Assembly (NCBI GenBank): GCA_030704615.1
Contig: CM060731.1
Location: 29,946,001-30,010,000 of the forward strand
Source of the DNA: Takakia lepidozioides
Lineage: Eukaryota > Plantae > Bryophyta
Direction: 5' to 3'
DNA: 64,000 bases
Each line of letters starts with the position of its first letter. The stretch's first letter is position 1. The notes beneath the pieces are model-generated. The model saw only the letters and a program-made list of their open reading frames with translations, did not search any database and had not been told where the DNA came from. Below, piece after piece: positions 24,155 through 39,100 of the stretch. The position numbers and the translations under genes were made by a program.

Positions 24155-27100
24155 TCAATATGTGCGCGAAGGGTCGTATCGCCTGTACCCCTCCCTACTG
24201 TAATAGGGAGTGTGTTCTATTGTTTTGCTCACATAATCTGTGAATGGCTGTGGGGGGGATCGGCTGCCAAAAGTCTTGGTTGGTGGAGTAATCTCCAACA
24301 CATCGGGAGTTTTAGGAGAGCCAAATGCCCGTTGCCGTAAGCTGAGGGGCCTGAGAGGAGTGCCGATGGGCTGTCCATTGACTACAGGCTCTTCTGAAGG
24401 GAGGGGTTCACTGCCCCGAGGGCGTCCTCCTGGCCGAGGGAGATCAAGCAAGCGCGTACAGAATATCAACGGAAGCACAAGAAGGACTAGAATAATAACA
24501 ATCGCAGTCAAGATCTGAGCTGAAAGTCGAGCTGCAGTCCGTTCGGTGGCCTTGTAAACCACTGGTATCTCCACGCATTGACCTGTTTAACCACACACAA
24601 ACCGAATTATCATGTTGGGCCAGAACAAGTAGGAAGTCAAAAGGCCAATGCATGTAATGAGACACTTGACTGTAAGTCCGCCACTATGGTAAGCTTTTGA
24701 TGCCGGGCACTTGACAATCAGAGAAATGCATTGTTTCGTGCATGGTTCGTACCCCTCAAGAACCCCTGGACCTCCTAAACACTCGTCCAGGGGGTGGCAT
24801 TCGATTTGATAACTGCGGTGTTAAGGAAGGGGGGGCGGCTGGAGGAAGTGATGCTGACAGTCAACGATTTGCCAGCTAATGGCATGATCTGTGACATGGA
24901 ATACACATCAAAACCAGCCAGACTACCACTTAATTGACCACTATATATTAATGGAGCCTATGGCTACTAGGTTACGCAACATCTCATACATTATCTACAT
25001 ATTAGCGAGCATGGTTCGAAACAAGATCCAAGCTCTATGTGCTTCAGTGCACAAGGTTTGTCCTGCCACCTCCCAACAGGAAATATGCCCCTGTACTCGC
25101 CTGATGACCCGTGTCCATGCAAGGAGGACAGCATGCATGCAGGGAGGTGTAGTAAGGAATTAGCTTACAGTATAACCACAGGTTCAACATTAGCGCCCTC
25201 TGCTTCCAACACCCACCCCCTGGTCCTCTATATATGAGCCAAGGGAAATATTGACAGTGACTGTTCCCCATATGATCATATGAATTAAACAGAGTACAGG
25301 TCAGTAATGGAATGCGTAACTTGATAGCACTCACCAGTTAAGGCAGATGTTATCACCACTTTATCAGCAAATGGTTTGTGTTCCCCCACTAGTTTCACCT
25401 GCAGTTCACAATGGAAGTACTCAGTGAAAACAGAACCACCTGCACCGAAATCACCTCTACCTGAACTCAATCTTATTAAGCTTTCCTTCTAACAGGAAAA
25501 TTCCAGAGGCCAGATGGATAGGCTCGCAGTGGTTAGGTGTTAAAACTCTATTGGTAGTGCCGCCTACACAAAGGTAAATAAGAGTTTTCAGCGCCTCACC
25601 TTATAGACAGCACGGCCACCCACACCATAAGTCTCTCTCACATCATTGGCGAGCTGAACGTAGATGGCAGTTGTTCTTAGCCATGAAAGCTGGACAGAAT
25701 CTACACAGACGAAAGTGAGTTCAGAGGAAAAATAACCCCTGCATGACTATGGGCTTGTTGCAAGCTGATGTGGACTTCATGGGATGGTGAACAACTACGG
25801 TTCTGCATGATGATATTAAGGCTTGGTATCTTCCACGGACTTATACCCTTTGTTTAAGAAAATGGAAGTCACCAAACACCCTACAGCCTTGGATAACCAA
25901 ACAAGTCGACAAGCCAGAAGGGACTAGAGGGCCAAACAACACAAGGATTCCTGTGAAAACCCCACAGGGTACTCACCAGGATGGACACTGCCAACAATGG
26001 TGACAAGGCTATCGGTCGCCGGCGACAAATGAATCTGCCACATCATCACAGACAGGCAAAAGATGTCTTTTTCAGCAAGAACAGATATATGCAGTATATG
26101 TTATTTGCCATAGCACTGTGTCCTAGACCCTGCAAGGAGGAAGTGGAAAGGGGTATAGTGCAGGCATTCATGGAAGGCTCGGTCAGAAGTGGGACAGGGG
26201 TAATGGCCGCAAGGTCGGGGCAAGCTACGATGAATTAGTATCCAACTACCTGCTCAAATAGTTACAGAACATACCGAGGATATGTAGAATGGATCAGTTA
26301 CCCTCATGGTAATACACAAATTGTAGTTTCCAAAGCTACATAACTCCCGAATCTGCAATTAAAAGGGTCAATTGAAAGAGAAACCACTAACCTCTGCTGG
26401 CATATCAAGCGTTTCAAAGCCCCCTGCGAACGAAACATTCACACTATTGTTAATAGGAGGCGTTCCTGGGACAATGGAAGTTATGGTTAATTGCAATTTC
26501 CCCCTTGCCTCCTCCGGTGAACGCTTTTGTTTCACTGGCCGCACTTTTTGCAACGTCGACCACAGTTTCTTTGGGGTGTGTGGGAAGAAGACACAATGGA
26601 ATGTGCTTGCCCCCGGTTCTCTCCAAGCCTTTGCTTCCCTGTGGACCAATCAAAAAGCAGCAGGTTGGATATTATGACTGGACAATGTGCCCTGTTCAAG
26701 ATGGTAATACAGACTGCAAATCTGAAAGATGATTTGAACTGACCAATGATAACTACTCCAAAAGAACCTGCGGCACATCTCTTCATGTGTCCTACGAATC
26801 CCAAAGTGACCTATCTCTGCATGCAATTCCTTTGCTCATAGATCAAGAAAGCCTCCCTATCAAACCCATGCTTGGCAGATGATGCCATCAATATAAGAAT
26901 CTAGCTGGCAAACTTTCACATCAATTTGCAAAAAACACACCCAATGAAGGGTGGATCAATATGGCAGCGATATGAAACCTCGCGACCCTCTCCAATGACT
27001 CCAACGTCACGACCCTGAGAATCACTGTTTCCAAGCCACCAGCAGACAAATCGAGCAACGATAAGTACCGACACTTAAAGAGCTTTGGATAATTAACTCC

Positions 27101-30100
27101 TCTGCAGGTATCAAAGGATCTATTGCCAGAAAACCAATTGTATGTGTGCGAAAATGAGACGTTGTTTGCCGTAGCCCCAGTTAGGGCAGAACAAGAGGCA
27201 GGTGCCCACTCCAGTAGGACTTACCTTGGTATAAACTATGTGCGCGTAAGAGACAGTGAAGAAGAACAGGCAGTTACAGAGTTGATGGGAGCCCCAGAGG
27301 CTCATGGGCCATGGTAAAACTACTGTAGAAAACCCAAAGTTTCCCCTTTCCTCCCGAGATAGACAGACAGAGGGAGAGAGGTTTCAGTCACCTGAATTTG
27401 ACCGGAGATCTGTAGCCCTGCTCTGGAATATGCACATTTGTGATTTGGATTACATCTGGAGGTGGCTCGATTGTGACAGAAGCTACCCTGACAACTGTAA
27501 CAGTTGTATATGTCGTCAACCGGGAGCCATTGAAGCTGACTGCATAACAAAACATTGAAAAAAATCAGAGTACGTTTGGATTTAAACGAACTAAACTAAT
27601 GTAAGGTATCGCTTGTTGTTCCTTCAAGAGTTTTTAGTAGATTGTACTCATAAGACGTTGTTTGCCGTAGCCTTGTGGCCATTGACCCCGCGCCCAGTTT
27701 GAGCGGGAACAAAAGGGACAGAACCTACTTCTGTCAGGGGCTGACATTGGTAGTAAGACTTACCTCCATATAAAGAATTAATCCGGGTTTTCCAGATATC
27801 CTCTAGAAATCCCTTCACACAAGCATCAATCTGCTGTGTGTGATTTGCCCAAAAACTAGGCCTCAGGAGGGCCCGGGCTTTTGGCTCAGCCTCGAGACAT
27901 TCAAAGTTGGTAAACAGGGGTACAGGCACAATTCCCTTAATAGATTTGAAGAGAGCGTCTCTTTGGTGAGAGAAGCCCGGACAGTGTATCAGAAAATGAA
28001 TACTGTCTTCAGATTGCCCACACAACGGGCAATTGCACTCTCACTTTCCTCTCTGCTTCTGTTTGCTGTTCAAAGGTAGGCTTCCTGCCCTGAGTTTAAA
28101 TTTCAGTCTAGTGCCGAGAGTGGGTAGACCCTTGAGGTCATCCAAGATGTCCTCCCCCATGTCACAGACTGGAAACAAGTTCAGGGAAGTTTTCTGCCTA
28201 ACTTCATTTTCATCAGACAATCTCATGGCAACAGACATGGCTGAGGACACTACAGCCTCTAAGTCAGATTTATCCAGCAGGGTCAAGACTTGCGGATCCA
28301 GGTCCAGGTCCTTGAGGATCTCTTCTACTCTCTTCTGCCAGGACTTAGCCTGTTTGACAGGGCGGTCCTGTTTCCAAGATATAGAGTCGATTAACTTAGG
28401 ATATCTGGTGTTGGGCATATGTTGCAGCTGACCCCACCATCTGACCTTGAATTCATCTTGTCGGGAGCTTTAGGACGGAATGCCAAACTCACCCCGAACA
28501 GCCACATTGGCTGTTTTGGAGCATGCTGACATACACTCCTTAAGCACCCCCACTTGAATGGATTCTAGAGACTTAGCCTGGTTGGAGTTATCAACCCATA
28601 TAGCAGATCCGTACTTCAAGGCAGGTCTAATAACGCGACAAAGCATGGTTTTCTTGACCTCAGAGTTGACCCCTCTGCAGTGGAAAAGAGTTTTTAGTAG
28701 AGACACATCCAAGCACAACCTCATAGCAAATTAAGTGTAACACATATAATCACCAGTTGTGGTCCCATCTCCAATGGCCTGGGCTTCTCCTGTGTGGCTA
28801 TTCACCCGGACAACCCTCTCATCTGCACTTGACCAGTGTCCCCGCTCACCTGCTGGCAGGCCATGCAGACCTTCACCCACATCACCCAACATACATGCTG
28901 AGTGTCACTTCTCTTGGAACTAGTACAATGACTCATACCATGGGAGATCATGAGAAGGCAAGGACACTATTTGTTGTGAAAGAAAAGTTAAGAACAAGCG
29001 AGCAGTCACACCCATCTCAGTGTATGTAAGAAACAACGCCAAGTGCAGTAGCAAATAATACCCTTGCCAATGATGGAGAAGTTAACACGACCACCAATAA
29101 GAACTGCTGGGTTCCGAGGATACACATAAGCTCCCACTTTGATCTGCACACCCGCAGCATCCAGTCAAGGCGGTTCCTACTTTTGACGTTTACAAAATCA
29201 TTTGAGTGAAGACATCTTCACCGGTCAATAAAGCAGCTGCCACTTGATACTCAGTGAGGGAACCAGCCACTTCATTGAAGGTGTGCGAGTCAAGGTGTTG
29301 ATTAGGCTTACCACGATCCAGTCGATAACGGCTGGGTCACTTTTTAACGTTATACGCACCAGCGCAATGCCTTGCCGCAATGCCTACAGCCAGAGGAGGA
29401 TAAAGGTTAAGTCCATGTTGCACCACACAGTTGTACACCAACCTCCCCCCTAAAAGTGGGAGGTTTTTGTAGAGCATACGGATCTTGGTTGTCTTTGGAA
29501 CTCTATGTCAATGGTTAACAGAGATTTTTAACAAGTATGACCTGCTCATCAGACATTGACGATTTCAAACGACAACAGGTCTCACAATTCTGTGCCTTGG
29601 ATCCAAGGCCATCAACATCCAAATGACTGTTTCTTTGCACATGCCCTCCTCTACAAAGATGACCAGTCTGGTCATCCCTAAACTATCCTAGTTACGAGGA
29701 ACCATTTTGTCCTGGTGAAATCTAAAAGCGTAAGTTGCCTCTACACCCACCTGCACATTGATGGTAACATTAGTGGGACCACTTGTTGGCTCATGCTCTG
29801 CCACTTCGATGGAGATCACATCGGCATGATTGGTATCCAATGCCACAGGAACTGCATCTCTAGCTTCTAGAAAAGGAGCACCTGAGAGGGAGGCAGTAGT
29901 CCAAGTGTCAGATACAACTTGCCAGAAAATCTACAATGTGACTCTACCCTGCTTGGAAAACTTACAAGCCTAAGGTGGACCAGAAAACAAGGTATTTCTT
30001 CTAAGTAGGCCCACTTTAGATTAAAATATTAAGACATCTGGCTGGATACGGTTTGCAGTGATTGCAGGGGTTTCTGGTATGTAGTTGCAGTTACTATAGT

Positions 30101-33100
30101 GAAAGTGCCTACCAAGATCGTCGCGGAAGATCACTACAATTTGCTGGTTGGCACCCACTGAAAGCTCTGCCACATGGACTGCGAGCTCATCGTCTCCGGC
30201 TGTTACAGAGGTCACCTATTTTCACCACAAACCCACAGAAACAATCGGGTGCTAAATATAAATCACTGAGGGAAGCCACCAACAAGTTCCAGTGAGTGTT
30301 ACAACAGTCAGTTGTACCTCACAACAGAAGCAGGTTCTAGAATGAGAATTGGGTCAGAATCAAAACGGCTGCTCATAAGGTAAAAGGCTTGAGGGTGCAA
30401 ATGTAGATGGGCAGATTGATATATGGAGTTCATCCTTATTTCTCAGTCTATCAGTCGAACATGTTTGGGACAAGGATTGATTGATTAAATTAAAAATCTT
30501 TCCAGTTTTACTACCAAACCCAGTGACAAACTTTCAAGTACAATACAATCAGATAATTTGATTGAACAAGACACACAGATAGATTATAACATCGAACAGA
30601 AGAAATGAAATGAAATGAAACCAAACCTTATACCGTCCGCAGAAAGTGATTAAATTAAAAATCTTTCCAGTTTTACTACCAAACCCAGTGACAAACTTTC
30701 AAGGACAATACAATCAGATAATTTGATTGAACAAGACACGCAGATAGATTACAACATCGAACAGAAGAAATGAAATGAAATGAAACCGAACCTTATACCG
30801 TCCGCAGAAAGCTCAAGATTCTATCGTCACGGAGAACTAAGAATGTCTCTCGATAGAAATGGAGTTCTGTTTTAGAGTGGCCGGCTTCCATGTTTGCCTG
30901 ACATGGAAGAATGCAGTGATCTGCTCAAAGTCTTATACATCAATTCAAACGAATTTGCTGGCAGAGTGATCATACAAAAGTTCCAACAGTGAAGGATAAA
31001 TATAGCAGATGAGAGCCCACCTCTGTAACACGAACACAAGTGGCAACTTCAGAGCGTCCTGTGATCCGATCTCTTGCATGGATGCACGCGACCTCTCCTC
31101 TCTCTGATGTTCGAACACGTCCATCATCCAAAATGCTTAGGAGTCCAGCACCAATGCCTCCCTCATGTACCTTTTGAATAAGACATTTTTGGCTACCAGT
31201 TTCAGTAGGTGGACATAGGTGAGAAGATTTTATTTTATGTGCAATGCTTTGATATTGTGCAAATGACATACCCTGCCTCCCTTGACCACACTCCTGTTGG
31301 TTAACGTCTCAGTATATAACCATAGCTATGACATAGCTATAATATATCAGAAGCTCTGATACATCACTGACTGATAGGATGACATATGATATAGCTATGT
31401 TATATCACAAGCACAGCAGTACAAGTCATTTTATCACTGATACCTTTAAACTGGTGGATTCTATCATAAGACGTTGTTTGCCGTAGCCTTGTGGCCATTG
31501 ACCCCGCGCCCAGTTTGAGCGGGAACAAAAGGGACAGAACCTACCTCTGTCAGGGGCTGACGTTGGTAGTTAGGACTTACCTCCATATAAAGAATTAATC
31601 CGGGTTTTCCAGATATCCTCTAGAAATCCCTTCACACAAGCATCAATCTGCTGTGTGTGATTTGCCCAAAAACTAGGCCTCAGGAGGGCCTGGGCTTTTG
31701 GCTCAGCCTCGAGACTTTCAAAGTTGGATTCTATAGAGAGAGAAGTAAAGGAAGAAGGTTCCACAGGGGGGCCCCGAGGCCCCATGGGACAATGTAGGAC
31801 AACAAGCAGCTAATCAAAAAACACCAAACATCATCCAAAGGTGAAGTGCCTCGAGAGAGGTGCAACTAGGAGTTCAAACAGGAATTTGCATTCATTGTCA
31901 GAAACAAACCTTGGAATGGACATATCCCTCCCAGAGAGAACAAACTCTCCTGCTTGCCACATCCCGTCTATGTACACTCCACACTTGAATGAATGTAGGA
32001 AACAAGAAATGGTGACATGGTATCTAACTCACATGCATGGCGGAGTAGACCACTGTGCGTCCACTCCTCTCAGTATCTATGCGTGCTGGGAAGTGCTTCG
32101 TCCACTGGGGGAGAAGCGGTGAGGATGTGTAGTGGGGAGGCAGCAGCCATGTTGCTCTCATACCCAGAGCCAAAGGCGGGTCTGGAACCACCCATATTGT
32201 GTCAGATGCCTTGTACTCTTTGCGCACCAATTGGTTGTGAATGTTGAAATGGCAAGTAAATGATAAACCAACTGTTGTCCTTCCAGCAGACCTGGGCCCA
32301 ACGAAAATTAGGTCAATGTTTAGCCCAACGGCTTAACAAATTACCTCTATTGTTTTCAATGTAGCAAGACAGTTTGTTCACAGACTTTCCACATATACCT
32401 GCCAATCGCTCTGGCAGAGAAACCTCCATCAGTGCCTGGAGTTGCCTGATGTCCGCCTACATGTGCCAAGCGCTCACTTTTGTTGCTGGCTTTGTCTCCT
32501 TCAGCAGAGGTAGTCTCGGTATCCTCCATCCCAGCGTTGTCAGCAATGCGCAAACCCAGTACCTGCAAACGATAATATCACTCGGCATCGGCTTCTGCAC
32601 AATAGGTCATGCATTGTTGTGACGACTTCTAATTGACAATGGTTACACCTTTGCCAGTTAACATACACCTGGCATAATCCACCTGCAGTTTAAATAGTTC
32701 TCATTGTAAAAAAGTGAATCTCATCCCTGATTATCAGGGCATACCTCTCCATTTCCCTTACTCCCCACTCCATGATATTTGGCCCTGATCCCACCCTACT
32801 TTTCTCTACCTTTTGGATAGCAGCCTCTGTTTGAGTCTCCCTCTACAAGATACTAACCTGTTCATCTCCAATGAGCCACTTGTAATTAGTGCACAGCTCA
32901 AAGAACGAGAACAAGTCTTCCTGCACATTGCCAATACAGATGATAAAAAAGCCAGTCCAGCGAGCACAAGTTGAAGTCAATCCCTACCATATGTTGCTGC
33001 TATATCCCTGAAGCAACCCCAGGGCCCACAACAGTAAGGCAGAAGCTCATTTCTATCCAAAATCGGTTCTAGAGAAGGAGGAGATACATGCAAAGGAGGA

Positions 33101-36100
33101 CTGAGGTATCTCAAATCAACACCACCATGTAACAGGAAAAAAGTGGCTGTGTCATGATGGCAGTAAGCTATTGGCCTACAGTTGACCAATACAAGCCTGT
33201 GTCACAGTCATACTTGCTGCCTTCATGTTCCCACTTACCTCTGGTCCAAATGGAAAGATACTGATCTCCCGTCCCACAGCAAGCTGCCCCCCCCTCACAT
33301 TGAGGTGCATGGAAGATGGCACTTGAACACACACTGCTGATGTAGCCTCACTCAGGAGCTCCCCAGCAGGACTCCATGCCTGGGCTCGCACTGTCTGCAT
33401 CATGCAAGCACCTCCAAAAAAGAAATCAGATGCCAGCTAACGATGCTATAAAGACAGATGGTGTAAAATTTGCAGTAGGTAAGCAGGACCTCACTTCCAT
33501 AGCTGGGTTGGCTATAAAGGGTGACATCCAGCATACACCTAGTGGCTTTGAATCAGTGTTGGCCAGGTCTCATGTTTAGGATTTTTTCTACGGTCTGGGT
33601 ATGGCATTTTCTCCAAGGGTGAGGCACAGCCGGTGATGGATAGTGCACGGATTTGCAAATTTCCCCGGGTACCAGTTATCAGTCAAGAGGTAATTTCTTT
33701 CTTTGTGCCGGTTATCGATATCCCGGTTAGTTGATCATGGGGCAGTGAGGCTTACATAGGGGCAGCTATACAACGGAGAGAACCATCCAGTGGATGAATA
33801 ACATGTGATTGACACATAGGCGCAACGTCAGCAGGACACCCCCTAAAAACACCAAAAAATAAGCTCAAGTTGACAGGTCAATACCCAGGGACATCGGGAA
33901 CCCTACAGGTCCGGGTCCGGGTTCGAGCCTACATGACCCCGCTGGGTCCAGGACACCCGCACCTGTATGTTGGTGCCGGGTCTATATACCTTAATACCCA
34001 GAAAAGTACCCGGCCGGGTACACCATTCCAGAGTGGGACCCAGCCGTCACTGCTTCGAACCCACAACCCTTGCAAGTCAGCCTTGTGCCCTAACCACTGG
34101 GCCATCTGCTGGATGCTCCAATTCTACAACTTAAGCTGTGCAACCCATATATCTGGGAACCTACAAATGGTATTAAAATCCAATTGTAGTGTTCTGTTAG
34201 CTGGCATGATACAATGCTTATAGTCAAGCACCTGAATATGATATGATTAAACCATTAATGACAACAATCTGATGGTCACACGTACAACCAATATTGTAAG
34301 GAAAATACAACTTGGTGCAACTTACAGCTGAGAAGTGAATTCAAACAGAGTGCTTACCATATTACCTGGAGCCTCAGCCACGAGTCTTCCAGTCGTAGAT
34401 TCAATTGTGGCAATTTCAGGTTGTGAGGTTGAAAACTGGACAACCACACCAGCTCGAGGACCACCATGAACCACCAACTGCTCCACCCCATGAGTGCACA
34501 CATGCAGTGAAGCTTTAGGGGACACAAGTGACTGAATGAGGAACAGTCCAAGATCAGCTCTCACAGTGTGCCACTATCTTTCTTGTTTTCGTCAGTTAGA
34601 GCTTGAGAGCTGCCTCTCCACCCTGCATCCATGAGTCCTCTCACCTGCTCTCCCCCTCAAATGCATATGCCATGTTCTGCAGGGGAATATTCCCTTGAAT
34701 ACTCAGTTTTAGTTCTCCCGAATATAATATAAAGGAATTTCTAACCACAAGTTACAACTGTAACTCCACACAGATATTAGATATTGCTAAAAGCTATTGA
34801 TAGTACCTTACAAGTTTATGTATGAGGTCCAGACTTGGTCAATAGACCTAACTTACAGTGCTGGCACTTGAAAAGTGAAATGAAAGGTACTTTAAAAGTC
34901 CACGGGAAACTTAAAAAGAGAGAAAGGGACTTACAAGATACTTGGCACCTGGAGCAAGAACCAGAGAGGGTGGGTGGATGGAAAGAGGAGCATAAACTGC
35001 CACCCTTTCAAAGTCTGACAATACCTCTTTGCCTGAGTATTGCTTCACACTTACCTGCACAACAACGCCTTAGAGAAAGAAACTTATGAAGTATACTGGA
35101 AGCCCAAACGGTCTATGAGAGCGGTGAGGGGGGGACAGAGGAAAAAGAATACGAAAATTTGGAACTTCCGTCAGTGTTTTTCTTTCTGGCGAAAAATCGC
35201 CAGATTTCGACCTGGAAACTCAGTCAGATACTTGTACAAAGGAATTATGGGGGGTAAAATCCGAGATTTTCGCCAAAAAGCACCAGGAGATAAATTTCAG
35301 GAGCCTAATCTTGCCGATGTGGACCAATTCAAACGTGACACCTGGAATATAGCCACTTTTCTAACTTTGTCACCTCGATATTCTCGCCACATGGGCACTG
35401 GGTGGAATTCACAGGTGGCCCCGCCAGCAATTTTGGAAATATGAAAAAAAAAACACTGGAGGCCATAGTATAACAAGAGGAGAACCAAAATCTTATCAGA
35501 AAACTCAAAAATGGCTAGGTAAACAGAAGAAGCTGAGTGTGCTTACCAAATGAGAGACAAAGAGCTCAGTTGAGCTGCAAAGTCTTAAGAAACCGGAGAA
35601 CTCGTTTTGTTTATACTACAGATGGCCTTGTCCACAATGAGGCATCCAGATCATGTCCATACTGGCATATTTTTGTTAAATGTTACTTTCCAAACCTTCT
35701 GATGCGCGAATGATGGTAAGGTGCAAGAACTTAAAGGAGGCACTGGATGAAATATGGATCAACCAACACGAGTCTTAGGGGTGTATGTAACCTCCAAAGA
35801 ACTACTGTCCATATACATCATATTACAGGGAGACCTAGAACAACACCAGCAAAGATCCCCAGTCTTTCAAAACTTACATGAAATGTGGTAACGCCGACGT
35901 GGGCCCCGGAAATGACCAACTCATTGGGAGGTGTTGGTTTTAAGGCAACTTTTAGTACCTCATCTTGCAAATGCGCTTGCACACCCATGAATGCGAACTA
36001 CACAGAAATAGCAATAGAAAACAAACACATCGGTGAGTACATATTTTCAGAAGAGCGTAACTGGAGCTGTACCCTGATATTCTAGATCAGTTTGACCTTG

Positions 36101-39100
36101 AGAGATCATGTGTTTGATTACGTGTCAACTCGCTTCGTGCAAGACATTTCTTAGTGAAATATGGAAAAGATGAAGCACCTGGGCAGAGTCAAACACATGG
36201 CCGGCACGGTCACCTGCCTGCAATCGCACTGTCATACATGACCCCACCTACACACAAGGTAAAATATAGCCCACTCAGCACCTCATACAATGCCAGACCT
36301 GATACCAAAGCTCATTCAACACAAAGATGACATAAAGACTCAATCATGGAGGGAAGCTGTTTAGTCATTCTAGCTCCACCCACAAATAAAGTGAATGGTG
36401 GCACATATGAAGGAATACAAGAACAAATGCCGAGAAGGGCAGTATAAACCTGGAGGCTTGCATCATCAGGCAGAATTAGCTTGACCCAGGCTACATCTGC
36501 CACCGTTACCTACAGACATGCAAGACAATTTAGAAATGGACCATACAACTGTCAATGTGATATGGGAAGAAAACTAAAGCTTTGTGATAGCTGCAAGAGA
36601 AACCCAAAGGAGTGAATAAGGAAAGCCCAAATATCATTAGAGATGGAGTGCCTCTGTAATAAGAGCAAGACACAAACATATGATACCCTTGCACACCTCT
36701 TCGATACTGTACTAGGTGAACCCCAATGCATTGCACAAATAGTCTGTGGCTTATATGCAAAGAATGTCGCAATGAGACACATAACACAAGGCATGCTCCA
36801 CTGAGAGTGATTGGGGACTCGACTTGCTTGGATGTTTACAGACCAGCAAGCAGGAGAACAGAATTGGAAGTACTCTAACAATACATCAAAATGGTCCCTA
36901 CATGACTCTTGACACCAATGCAGACTAGAAATAAGACTGATGAGGCCAAGTTAGGGAACTGGACTCACCAAAGCTGATGCTGAGGCTGGAGTGGCCAATC
37001 CAACATCCAGTATAGTGATGAGAGCTGTCCCTGGACCCCTGGCTGCGACAATCAGATCACGAGTGTCGACAGGGACAACGACTGCCACTTTGGAGTCGTT
37101 AACACGAGCCTCAATGTCGCTGGTACCCCCGATTACTTTAAAGCTTGCCTACATCTCACCAGGCCAAGAGCAAAACTCAAATGGATTCCTCACACTGCAC
37201 CAGCTGTATGAGTAGGCTCTTAACTCGCAAAAGAGAGATTAGTTCCATTGCTTGAGGAGACAGTGTTTTGCATTGCAATTTGGTGCATTAGCAAAAAGCG
37301 CAGACCACAGGATGATAATCCCGCTCTCCCTGGGCAAAGGATTGTGGTATGTCTTAACAGCACAATGCCATTATCTTTTGAGTCTAAAGCAGATTCCTTG
37401 GCCTGTGGAGAGCCTGTGGAGATATTATCTACAGAAAACATACTGCATCTGACTGAGGTGTCATACGTCAAAAACGTGGGGAAGCTTACCTGTTAGAAAA
37501 CCACACAAGCTACCATCCGATTTGATTTCATGGTACATTGAGACTTCAATTTAAAGAGGAACATGGATAAAGTAAGAACCTTGGCTTCAGGGTGGAAAAA
37601 GAGTAGGACAGCAGTTGGCTGTAGCCTCAGAGCTGTCACAAGCTGCAGCAGACAATCAACCCCAGTTAGTCAAGTACCTATATCTCTAATCCTACACTTC
37701 TATGAATGTTGACCATGGTGAGTATCCTCTCAAAGATCTTTAATACACATATATATAGTCCGAAATGATGCAAGTCAGGGGGTGTTTTACAGATATGCCA
37801 GAAAAACTACTCATTGGGCAGCCTGCTCTGGTGACAGGGGCAGAGGAGCAAGGAAGCTAAAGCTTTCTAGCACTCGAGTTTCTATCAAACTGGACTTTCA
37901 CAGGAGGATAATCCAAGCATCCACTGGTGCAAAACAACCGCAGTCGCAAGCAACGGCCTTGTCCTCAAAACAAGGTTCTTCAAGATGCTCAAGACTCTTT
38001 CTCAAAGGCACCGGGTCAGGCCCCCTTTTGACTGTCTGATCAGACGACTGAACATGGTGACTCACAGAAGATAGTCATAGTGACCCCAGAAAGGTTTTAG
38101 TCACCATACAGCAGAGCTTCATAAATCTGTTTAGTTGGTCATCAGTTCCAGATCATTTGTGAATGTGTTCTGAAAGCCAAACCTGTATCTGTGCAGCATC
38201 AGTGAGTACATGCTTTTCTATGAGACTGGGTCCTTTAGAGTCCTTTTCAGCAAACCCAACAACTTCTCCCCTTACAATGCACTGCAAGAAAATCCAAATA
38301 GTGAGCAAAAACTGAAGATTACACAGAAGAAGACTTCTTGCTTCCACCGTGTCTGCACTCACACCAGAATATAATGTCAGTTGTAGATGGAGCGAGGGAA
38401 GAGACAAGAGATCATGACTAATAAAAGTTAACCAACGTTGTACCTTGTGGCCATAGAACCAATGAATCATATCTTAACCTGGCAAGCGACAAACATGGAG
38501 GGGAAAAAACCTCAGTACACACTGCCTGCCATCCCCTAACTAAGAGTTTTCCACCTGAATGACACCAGTGTTGGTGACCAGTTAGAGTGGTATTAAGGGA
38601 AGTCAACACTGGTAAGAGGTAGAAAGAAAAAGCATTTTATGACGTCCACAGTGGGATCTGGTCACATTCCACGGGAACCCAACATCACATTGAGAATATT
38701 CCTTGAAGCTGTAGACATTCAATACATTGTGGAAATTTTTTGGTGCAGACATACCTCTCCTGCCATGTTTCCAAGCACCAGACAGAGCTCCCACCCATCT
38801 ACCACGCTGGTTCCCTTATCAGATCCTGAGACTTCCCAGTGTGCCAGGTTGTGACATCCATCGACCTGCCAACTAAAACATAAAGAAGAGGCATTAGCAA
38901 AGGGCCTCCCAGAGCTATGTAAGGCAACAGCCGCCACTCGAATCGAACGACTGTTGATGACCGTGATGGGGGCCACACGGAGACGAGTCTCATCCCGGTC
39001 AACTTGGGCTGCCGCTTTGATGTGAGACAAACTGTTTTCTGGCCACATCCAGAGAGTTTTATAAGTCTCATGAGAGGAGACCAGTGCAGTTGCTGTACAC

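Noticed and set aside
24155-24574. independent small membrane-protein gene
   Set aside because: It matches the terminal TM/tail exon of GP210.
33744-34052. MITE with CAGTGA-like ends and GC-rich gggt/accc motifs
   Set aside because: The TIR is very short, and there is no TSD or second copy in the window.
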